Shown here one piece after another: positions 24,722 to 35,179 of a stretch of DNA of 64,000 nt. A model generated the notes under the pieces. The model was not told the DNA's origin and searched no databases. It was given only the letters and a program-made list of their open reading frames with translations. Made by a program: the position numbers and the translations under genes. Position 1 is the stretch's first letter. Each line of letters begins with the position of its first letter. This DNA comes from Octopus bimaculoides (Eukaryota). Location of the stretch: NCBI RefSeq assembly GCF_001194135.2, contig NC_068981.1, positions 191,881,582-191,945,581 of the forward strand, in the 5' to 3' direction.

Positions 24722-25372
24722 CATCATTTAACATCCGTTTTCCATATTGGTATGTGTTGGACAGATTGACCAGAGCTGGTACAGCCAGGGGCTGCACCAA
24801 GCCCCATTGCCTGTTTTGGCATGGTTCCTAATGCCAACCACTCCACAGTGTGCACTGGGTCCTTTTTATGTGGCACCAGCATTGCTATCAATTCTGCTGT
24901 GGTATGCAGGTCTTCTTGAGTAGAGAAATGTGCCAGATATCTCAGTCCTTGGTCATCTCCTGCGTAAGGCTCAGTGTCATGAGATCGGCCTTCAATTCTT
25001 CATCCCATGTCTTTCTGGGTCTCCCTCTTCCACAAGTACCATCCACTTTAAGTAATTGGCACTTCTGTATGCAAGTGTCTACATTCATATGCATCACACG
25101 ATCAAACCAGTGCAGTCTTTTCTCTTACACACCACATCTAATTCTGCTTATGCCCAACTTCTCCTGCCATACACTAGTGCTCTGTTGCATATGTACACTG
25201 ATACTGCTCATCCAGCAGAACATACCAGCTTCATTCCTCTCAAGCCTTCACATGTCTTCTGCATTCAAAACCCATGTTTCATTACCATGTAGCATTGCTG
25301 TTCATATACATGCATCATGCAATCTTCCTTTCACTCTGAGAAAGAGACTTCTTGGTGGCCAACAGAGGTAAA
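24722..25372 (-). mobile_element. RTE LINE 3' fragment with 3' UTR
   Basis: Reverse complement aligns to 16880-17350 (ctgttggccaccaagaagtctctttctcagagtgaaaggaagattgcatgatgc...GRGRPRKTWDEELKADL) and ends in the family tail. Confidence 0.85.
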
Positions 25373-26304
25373 AGTTCTGATTTTTTTCCCATCTTATTCT
25401 TATTCTAGCAAGTATTCATACTTTCATAGAAAAAACAAAAAAAAAACAGATGTGACACCCCCACGTTTCCTTTTACCAAATTCCACTCAAAAGACATACG
25501 ATAGGACAGACCTGAAAACACATGGTGACCAAATGAGCTTCTTAATCACACAGCTAGGAATCAAAATCACATCTGAACTTTAGAAGTTATACAATATCAA
25601 GAAATACCAATGACAAACATCAGCAGATGAATTAATTATATCACCAAAGTGGGTGAGTTATTAGATTTCTTAATGAAGAAACAGATTAATTTGAATAACC
25701 GTTAACCCTTTCAATACCAAATCTGCCTGAGACCACCACCCCTTGTTCATTGATATAAAACTGTCTATGTTAAAGTGTTTATATTTAATTCATGTTCCAA
25801 ACATCAGCTTCTTCGTGAAAAAATTAATTATTCCAAACTCTTGATTAATTCCAAAATTAATTGAAACACACAACCAATGCATTTAATTAGAAACATAATC
25901 AGGACAGTGTTAAATGTTATTCTTTGATTTCAATAGTCTTATGTCAGTCACTGTGAGACTGCTTGCATGGTGATTACAATTCCTTGGCTAAGAGAGAGGA
26001 AGTGGGAAAATAGATCATGTTAGTCAATCTTTTGATCTTTTATTGATTTCATTTACATCAAGTCCCAATACTTTTATTTCACTGACCTAAAGAAAATAAA
26101 AGGCCTGTAGATCTAGTTGGGATCTGAACTCACAAGACAGAGCAATGCTCGGCCATTTTTCTGCCATATACCCATGAAATATTACTCAGGTGGTTGGACA
26201 TTATTACTACAATCACAGCTATTACAATTACTACTACTACCACCACAACCACTCTACAACAATCTAAATCAACATCAAGTTTAACATTGATATGTTTTAG
26301 TTTA

Positions 26305-26640
26305 TCAGAGATGCAGACATGGTTGTGTGGTCAAGAAGTTTGCTTTCTGATCATGTGGTATTGGATTCAGTCTCACAATGAGCTACCTTGGGCAAGTGTT
26401 TTCTGAAATAACACCAAAGCTTTGTGAATTGATTCAGCAGAGAGAAACCAAAAGAAGTCCAGTGTGTGTGTATGGGTGTGTATTTAATTTACACTTTTCT
26501 GAGAATTGGTGAGCTACAGGTAGTGAAGTTGTCAACCGATCATCCATGTATCTGGCTGTAAAACAATGACTTAATTCTAAATTCGTCTGAGCCATGCTAG
26601 CATGGAAAAAAAAAAATGAATGGAAAATGGGAAAGAGTTG
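26305..26640 (+). mobile_element. SINE family A, tail type 2 (partial)
   Basis: Head and core, then CCATGCTAGCATGGAAAA tail. Confidence 0.6.
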
Positions 26641-26959
26641 AAACGTCAATGTTAGTATTTTCCCAGTCAGTCTTATTTTATTTCAGTTGTTATAGGAGGA
26701 CAAGCAATACATCTTTCTTGTTTCAACCCTTCTGTTACCATATGTCTGTTGAAAAACACTGCCTTCCTTTCAATTTTGAAAATAATGAAGAACACAATAA
26801 AATAACTGCCATTATCAAGTTGATGTTTGGAACATAAATTAACAGAGTATTTTGATAAAAGGATTTAATTTAGCTCATTTTAAAACAAGGAACTTGTGCC
26901 ACAGAATCTGACATGCTCCATTTATACTTTACATTATTCACACCAATGTCTCTCGGGCA

Positions 26960-27155
26960 GACAATGACCAGTGCAGTCATTATTATACACTGACCTGTCA
27001 CTAACATACACTGATGTGAAGTTCCACTGTCATACACAGACCATTGCTCTCTCTCTCTCTCTCTCTCCGTACCCTGACCAGTATAGTCACAACCATATAC
27101 TGACCAGTGCAATTCCACTTTCTTTGCCATAAACTGACCAATAAAGTTCCACTCT
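26960..27155. repeat. Degenerate repeat built on (T)ACACTGACCAGTGCA/AAGTTCCACT
   Basis: About seven recurrences of the TGACC-like core, interrupted by (CT)n. Confidence 0.5.
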
Positions 27156-27949
27156 TTCTCTCCCATACACTAATAAGTACATTCTTTTTGCTATATGCTA
27201 ACTACTAAACTAACACACATACACTATATGTAATTGGATCTTGGATCTTCAAAGACAGATCAAGATGAATTGTTTCTTCCTCCTGTACAAAACTACAGAA
27301 CACACTCTCTTAACATCTAATTTTCATTTATTTTTTTCCATGAAGGCATGAATTAAATGAAGTTCCAAAACAACAGATTTCCAATTGATGATCCTGTATC
27401 ATACTACCTCTGAGACCTAACATCTGAGATCTGACCTAATAACTTCCTCCCACACCATATTTGGTCTTTCCTCTGCCATAAGTGCTTTATCACTTGCGGT
27501 CATTCTTTCATCCACTACAATCATCTTACATACCAGCTGATATCTCTTTTTGCTTTCAGTTAACCTGTTCCTTAACAATACACAACTTAATGTTACATTT
27601 CAATTGCCTATATTCAACACATTTCTCTCCAGATTCCCTATTTAATAACCATATCTCACTTCTATGCAATATGACAATTCTTATATCACACTCTCCCACC
27701 CCAACCTTTTATATATCCTACAATAATAACGATTTCTTGACTTCCTCTACTTATGGCTGAATAGTTAAGTTCACTTCAAAACCATGAAGATTGGTTTTGA
27801 CTCCACAGCATGGCATCTTAGGCAACTGTCATTTTCTATAGCTCCAGATCAACACATAACTTGTGAATAAAATTAGTAAAATTGAGTAGGGAGTGAGAAA
27901 CTGTAGAGAAGCCTGTCAGATGAATTATATCTTGAGCAAAAATCATTTG

Positions 27950-28110
27950 GCTCACTTCCCGCACTTGCGACATTTCATTAACGAAGAGGAGGTGGTAGCA
28001 TTAGTGAAGGAATTCTTTGCCTCAAAGGACAAGAACTGTTATTAGTGTGGGGGTCAAAGGACTGGCTGAAAGGTAGTTTCAGATGGTGCAACACAATGAC
28101 CTCTACTAGG
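27950..28110 (+). mobile_element. Mariner transposase C-terminal remnant
   Basis: LRHFINEEEVVALVKEFFASKDKNCY*..VKGLAER*FQMVQHNDLY matches the mariner tail F...EEV...V.EFF.SK...FY..GI..L.ERW...V...G.Y. Confidence 0.75.
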
Positions 28111-28479
28111 ACTGCTAGGATGCTTTTGTTGTAACTTGAAAAAAGCAAATAAGTAACCAAAATATTGCAAAACATTTGACTCAACACAATAAAAGACACT
28201 ACCTCGTTACACACTGTGTCTTGCTGATTCTGCTTGAGAGGTACATTAAGAGTGCATGTATTTGTGGAGTGCTCAGCCACTTACACAACCAAATTCAATG
28301 AGCAGATGATCAAATAACTGAATCCTCTTCATCAAAACCAGTGAAGATGCAGCCACACTTTCAGACAACTTCAAACACCAACTGCATTACTTAGGTAAAA
28401 GAAATTTATTTACTTTGTTTAGTGAACCATATCAGAAGTTCCGGACTTTATTTCTGGAGTACCCCTACAGCTAACAACT

Positions 28480-28790
28480 CCTGTATATCTAGTGCAGTTC
28501 AGGTTTCTTGACAGTATGCCAGAGATTCCTCTACACCTTCTCTGTGCCAATAGCTTACTCTCAGCACTTAATATCGAGTTTCAACCAATAACTTTCCTAC
28601 ACATTGACTAAAGCCATTTCTCAATAATACTGAAATTTCCTGCTTCATTGTAATTAGTTTTCAGCCACTGTCATGTTAACCTTTACCTCTGTTGATATTT
28701 TTAGCATTCTTCAAAGTTTACAACATTTTCTACAGCTCTTCTATACACTCTACAAAGAGTTCTAGATCAACAGAAAAGAATGATGTCCAA
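28480..28790 (-). mobile_element. Heavily decayed LINE RT fragment (RTE-like)
   Basis: Minus-strand translation traces only (AESK, LSRNLNC); many stops. Confidence 0.3.
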
Positions 28791-29085
28791 AGATATCCAG
28801 TTATGAAATGTCATTAGGTTGACGTTAGATCACTGTTGAACACCAGTTTATTCTGTTAATTACAAGCAGTCGTTTATTGTAATGAAGATTTACTTTAAAT
28901 GAAGAAGTACAGCACTCAAAATTATAATGCACTGCAACAAAGTTTGAGCCAATAATCAATAGATAAGCATTATACAAGCTTTCCTATTTAGCAATTAAAT
29001 GTAATAATTTGTGAATACCTAACATGATTAAAACTGAAGACACTTTATCACAAATAACTGAAGAAAATATTGGCATCATTTGTAG

Positions 29086-29127
<42 letters not shown>

Positions 29128-29247
29128 CAAAGAACACAAATAGGATTTAACATTTAAAACCCTATTTATGTTCTTTTATACCTATGCCACACCTGGAACC
29201 AATCCCAAATAAGATCTTACAGTTTATGTTGGATGTGGTCCCTATTA

Positions 29248-29320
<73 letters not shown>

Positions 29321-29389
29321 GGCATGCAGTACATTACCAACGCATGACACCTAATAGTGGTTTTTAAATCATTGTAAACTCAATGTTAT

Positions 29390-29935
29390 TGTAGATATTT
29401 TTAATGCTAAGTACCTGAATAGGCAAACCAATTACACAAAGAAACGTCAGCAAAACTTTTATTCATTTTAAAGAAACAGGAAGCATCCATGACCGGCCCC
29501 GTAGTGGAAGAAGAACTGCAGCTGATTCTGAAACATCTGCACAGGTATGCAGACATGCAGAAGGAAGCCCACGAAAGTCACTAAAAAAAAGTTTCACAAG
29601 AAACGGGTGTTGCATTGGTTGCATTTTGTCTCACAATCATTTTCATCCATATAAAGTACAATTAGCACATGAGTTGCAATGGGGATGACATGGGTTGTCA
29701 TGTAGAGTATTGTCAGTGGTTTTTAGAACGAATACAGATGGGAAAGCATGTTCTATTCAGTGACAAAACAATATTTTACTTAAACGGTTCGGTTAACAGA
29801 CATAATTCATCGTATTGGTCGGCAGAAAATCCTCGGTGGGTTGAGGATGTGCATGTCCAATACTGTCCCAAGGATTATGGTGTGGGTGGTTATATGGGGA
29901 AATACAATAATTGGTCCTTATTTCTTCCCAAACAC
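29390..29935 (+). mobile_element. Tc1/mariner-superfamily transposase pseudogene fragment (HTH plus first catalytic D)
   Basis: FKETGSIHDRPRSGR...SPRKSLKKVSQETGV...HPYKVQLAHEL...VLFSDKTIFYLNGSVNRHNSSYWSAENP...(I)MVW..IWGNTIIGPYFF with frameshifts; cut at ~29940 by an RTE tail. Confidence 0.85.
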
Positions 29936-31870
29936 GGGAGCTGAGCATCCTTAATCTTGCAGGCTCAGGGGTGTTGGTGCCACGTAAATGCACCTGTGCC
30001 CAGTGTTGCATAAAAATACCCAGTACATTTTGCAAAGTGGTTGGTGTTAGGAAGGGTCTCCAGCCATAGAAACCATGCCAAAGCAAATATGGAGCCTAGG
30101 CAGTTCTTCAGCTGGCCAGCTCCTGTCAACCCATCCAACCCATACCAGCATGGAAAACGGATGTTAAATGATGATGATATATATTTATCCTGTTTATCTT
30201 TATTAGGCTGAAATTTAAGTTTCTTAATGTTACTTAAATCTTTTTTTTTTTTTTCTTCAAAGATTTCCAAAAAAAAAAAAAACTGTTGCCCCTTACAAGT
30301 AACATAGGAATTCATCAGACAAACAAGTAAAATCCTTCACATTCTGACTAACTAAAAGACCCGAAACATTTCTTGAAATATTTCAGAGAACTAACAGGGA
30401 GTAATACACACAAGGCATAATAAATCAGAGAATTATGGATACAGAAAAAGAGATGAAAATAATGACCACCACCACTTAAATAGAAAATTTTTTCTTAAAA
30501 ATCAAATAAACAAATAGATATATCAATCAACTAGTTTCAGAATCAGATCATTAAGAAATGATAATGATGATGACTATGATGGAAGCAGTGAGAATGAACC
30601 AAAAATATTAGATCCTACATCTTTTATTGATTATAACTAATTGATTATAACTGGTTTTTTCAACTTCAATCATTTGGTTTTGTAAATGGCTATGTTTTCA
30701 ACAATATACATATATATTATATATGAAAGAAACAAATAAAAATATTGAGAAAGATAAACAAATTGCTGAAATCTTTGATTATTGGGGCAAGAAACACTGT
30801 CACTTTATAGAACACAGTATGTCAACCATAAATTATTTCTCAAGATTATAAAATGAAAAGCACAGGAAAAAAAAAGTCTCTAGTTTGTGATTGGTTGGTG
30901 GTCAGAGTCTAATTTTTTAAAAAAATCATTCATAAATCAATAACTAACACTTATTCAGATTATTAATGCCAATTTTCACACCTGGTCAAAGGACTGGAAA
31001 CTTCATGTGTTTTACTCATAACCTATTTTAGTAAACATTTCATCCCACTGGAAAAATAGTGTGTATTACCCTCCCTCCCTCTGTCATTATCAATTATTGT
31101 TTATTTTACAAGTTTTCTATATATTATGCATGCTACAATAATCATTTGCGTTGATAGTACAGAACTTTTATATTGATTATTTTATCAACAACGACAAATT
31201 TTGTTTCTTTGAAATCTAGGTAAATTTCACTACTTTTTATAGAACAACATGTCAACTTCAGATAAATTTAATGAATGTGACAGCATATACATATACATTA
31301 CACATACACACACACACATTAATGGTTGCTTTTATGTTGAGATATAATAAAAACAATTCAACTGAAGAATTACTCAATACTTTTTGTAGAGTACATATTT
31401 ATTATACTTTTACAAGGAAAGAATTGAAAGTGACTTCGAAATTTTGACCTACTAGCCTTTGTCAGACAACACACACACACAACTAGAATACTGTAAAGTG
31501 TAAGCAACAGATATGGTTACTGAACTTGATGTATAATGTCCTTTGAGCAAGCTTAACTATTTTTCTACAGCTAAGTCTCCTTCTATTTTTATTAGCAACA
31601 GTTATTAAATACATTTTTGTTAATGAGTGTAAAGTACCCAAATTATTAAGAATATCCCAACTCCAACTTCTTTGTTTAGTTGTCACTAAGAATTCAATAT
31701 TATATAAGTATATAGCTAGAAAACTATGATGGCTGGAAAAGAGAGACAAATGAAGCCCTTAATGGCTGGCATCTATCTATCAGCTCAAAGAATTGGGGAG
31801 AAAATTTGGAAAACATAGGGCACTCAGTGAGCCTCAGATATACTGAAGACAAACTGAAGGTGGGGGTCTT

Positions 31871-32250
31871 ATATACAGATGGCAAAAAGGTCATACATAC
31901 AGGTCTGATGACAAAGCCTTACATATAGCTAACAAGGTATTATCTACATATTGATGACAATGTATAACATCCAAATGACAAGATAATCATAGATGAAAAC
32001 AATACATTATATACAGATGACAAAGTATTCAGCATGATAATGTATTGCATACATGATAACAGCAAAGTATTACAGCTGACAAGGTATCACAAAGGACATA
32101 GAGATGACTACAATGTATTACAAATAGCAGGGTAATTACATACAAACTGCCAATGTTTACAAAGACACAACAAGGTATTACACAGCCACAAGGTTATTAC
32201 ATACAGATAGAGACAAAGTATTAGATACAAATGATAAAGTATTACAAGTC
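31871..32250. repeat. Degenerate ~21-bp minisatellite (consensus ACATACAGATGACAAGGTATT)
   Basis: About 17 variable units, each ending in GTATT-like sequence. Confidence 0.7.
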
Positions 32251-33231
32251 AAGTGACATCCAATCAAATGTCAGCATAAATTAGTTGTGGAAGCATAAAC
32301 TCCAGCCATAATAGCTTAAAAAAAAAAAGATTCAAAAGGTTGTATTGTAAGTACAAAATGCAAGTGTTGACTCAAAAGTTATATTTTGAAGAAGAAAAAA
32401 AACAAAGAAAAAACTCAAAGCCAGAATAAAAATAAAATTCTTGACACTATAATCCAGATAGCAACAAGAATAAATATAGATAGTATCTACTTTAGCTGTA
32501 TTGTATATTGTTCTGCTCACATACTTTCTAATAGCTGATTATGAATAGAGATATGAGGGCTCTGCTATTTTTATGAAAATTACCAACTTTATCAAAAGAC
32601 TTTGTGTTTAGTTCTTTCTATCTTTATATTAATTTTCAAAATTTAATTTTCATTCAGTAAATATCCTTTAACCCTTTTGTTACTGTATTTATGATGAAAA
32701 ACACTGTCTTTTAATTAATTTCTAAAATAATAACCAATATAGTAAAATAACTTTGGTATTTATTTAGCTGATGTTTGAAACATAAATTTTTATTACCATC
32801 ATCATTTTAATGTCTACTTTCCTATGCTTACATGGACCAAACAGAATTTATTGAGCCTGATTTTCTACAACCAAGGTACTGTTTCTATTGCCAAACCTCA
32901 CCTGTTCCCAAAGAAGGAAATATTTCCCCCTTTGCCAGAAATGGTTTACACAGAAGACTGGAAATGAACAACATCACTTCCAAGTCAATGGACACTTGTT
33001 GACAACCACAACATGATGTCAAGAAAAAGGTACAGAAAAAATACACAACAGGTTCTTTCAGTTTCTGCCTACCAAATCTGCTCACAGGGCTTTGGTCAAC
33101 TTGAAGCTATTGTAGGAGACACTTGCCTAAGGTGCAACACTATGAGACTAAACCTAAAACCACATGTCTGAAAAGCAAACTTCTTAACCACACAGCCATG
33201 TCTGTGCTTAAACATGATCTTCCCAACTGAG

Positions 33232-33348
33232 GTTTATGGCCATATTATGCTAAATGCACCATCTGTCATCTGATCACCATAGTTAAGTAGTGTTGGACCT
33301 AGTTAGTACTAAGGTGACCAACTGCTTGGGAAACCTACGTGTGTTAGC
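33232..33348 (+). pseudogene. Decayed full-length 5S rRNA copy
   Basis: GTTTATGGCCATAT..CTAAATGCACC..TCATCTGATC..AGTTAAGTAG..GGACCTAGTTAGTACT..CTGCTTGGGAA aligns without gaps over ~117 nt to metazoan 5S rRNA as I recall it (about two-thirds identity, mostly C>T and G>A). Box C degenerate; no T-run terminator. Confidence 0.8.
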
Positions 33349-33409
33349 AAAACCATTGTGAAACATAAATTAGCATCAAAAAATTTTAATGGGAAGTTTT
33401 GATTTATCT

Positions 33410-33792
33410 TAACTTTTATGTGTTTCAGTCATAAGACTGTGGCCATACTGGGGCACCACCTTGAAGAATTCTTAATCAAATGAACTAGCCCCAGTACTTA
33501 CTTTTGCTTTTAAGCCTAATATTTATTCTACCAGTCTCTTTTGCCAAGCCACTAAGTTACAGGGATGTAACTTCATCAATACCAGTTGTCGAGCAGTGGT
33601 GGAGAACACACATACATGCACACACACACTTACACATATAATGGGTTTCTTTTAGTTTCTGCCTACCAAATCCACTCACACAGTTTTGGTCAGCCCCAGG
33701 CTGTAGAAGACACTTCCTGAAGGTGCCATGCAGTGGGATTGAACCTGGAACCATGCGCTTGATAAGCAAACTTCTTACTACACAGCCATGTA
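33410..33792 (-). mobile_element. SINE family A, tail type 1
   Basis: Reverse-complement match to 54255-54612. Confidence 0.8.
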
Positions 33793-34356
33793 GAAGTTTG
33801 TACCATAAAACAGAGAGGTCTCAAGTAGATTGGTAACAAAACTTGTCTGGTTAGGATCAAACCATTGATTAGAACAACTTATCTGTAGCATTCTTTAATT
33901 TGTCCACAATCCTTTTTTACCAGAAACTGTCTTCAGCTTCCTCTTCAATATTTGAAATTTCTAGAGAAGTCAGGATTTAGTCTAGAATATAAGGAACTGT
34001 TGCTGACACCCAAATCACAACACCCACTTGAATGTTTGGTTGTTCTTGTCATGCCCAGAAGTTGTAAATTAATCTAATATTGAAATATAATATGTTTATA
34101 ATTTCAGAACACAGTGCAATAAAGTGTCTATGATAAATGGAGGTTAACTGAAATTCTGTGGCTGTCTCAAGGGAGTTTATTAGTTGTGTTGATGGTTGAA
34201 CATGAGATGAATAATCATGGAATCAAATATATTTGATCTTTTTAGTATTGTAATTTTGCTAGAAAGATGCAAGGTAAACTGAAATACACAAATTTATATA
34301 GTATACACAGACACACACACATTGTAATTCTGGTCAGCCATGGCATGATCAATAAC

Positions 34357-34425
<69 letters not shown>

Positions 34426-34993
34426 TACACAGATACTCACATATAAATAGAAAGGCACAAAAGTGATTCAAGAACAGAGCTTTATGCATACCAATTATCA
34501 AACTATTTTAGAAACCAAGTGTTCATCTCTTATATAGTGTGAATTAGAATTCTTTCTAGAATGTTCAATTATATGTACAGACACACATGCATGCATACAC
34601 ACACACGCACACACACATATTATAGTTTTCATGAAGCCTTTTCTGATATACAAAGGATTTTATTATTTTTCTCTTTAATGTCAGTGCTGGTGGCACGTAA
34701 AAAGCATCATTTGAGCATGGTCGATGCCAGTGCCGCCTGACTGGCTCCCATGCCAGTGGCACGTAAAAAGCAACCACTATACTCTCGGAGTAGTTGGTGT
34801 TAGGAAGGGCATCCAGCTGTAGAAACCTTACCAGATCAGATTGGAGCCTGGTGCAACCTCCTGGCTTGTCAGTCCTCAGTCAAACTGNNNNNNNNNNGAT
34901 TGGAGCCTGGTGCAACCTCCTGGCTTGTCAGTCCTCAGTCAAACTGTCCAACCCATGCCAACATGGAAAGCAGACATTAAACAATGATGATGA

Positions 34994-35179
34994 TAAAGCT
35001 AAAACAATGCAAGTCATAAAAAAATTAATAATACAGGCCACGTCAACTAACAATACCTTTACTTTATAGATTTCCTGAAGGAGGTGTTCCTAAGCCTGAA
35101 ATATTGAAACACTAAGTAAAAGTACTAACCATTGACCTGTATTATTAATTTTTTTATAACTTGCATTGTTTTAGCTTTA
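34994..35179. mobile_element. 186-bp element with 44-bp terminal inverted repeats
   Basis: 34994-35037 TAAAGCTAAAACAATGCAAGTCATAAAAAAATTAATAATACAGG is the reverse complement of 35136-35179 at 43/44 positions; 98-nt spacer. Confidence 0.85.
35071..35109 (+). ncRNA. Minimal type-I hammerhead-ribozyme-like motif (A9-to-G variant)
   Basis: TTTC-CTGAAGG-AGG(T)..(G)CCT-GAAA-TATT-GAAA: stem I TTTC/GAAA, core CUGANG(G), stem II AGG/CCT, palindromic AATATT stem III, NUH = AUU. One core deviation and short stems. Confidence 0.4.

Noticed and set aside
24594-24831. Repeat-protein ORFs (LNEWHG)n / (HSFNPC)n and a CRISPR reading of the 18-bp array
   Set aside because: Translation of a short tandem repeat at a retroposon tail; units abut with no spacers.
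34839-34946. Exact 49-bp direct duplication around a 10-N gap
   Set aside because: Identical sequence on both sides of a placeholder gap is typical of unmerged contig overlap.
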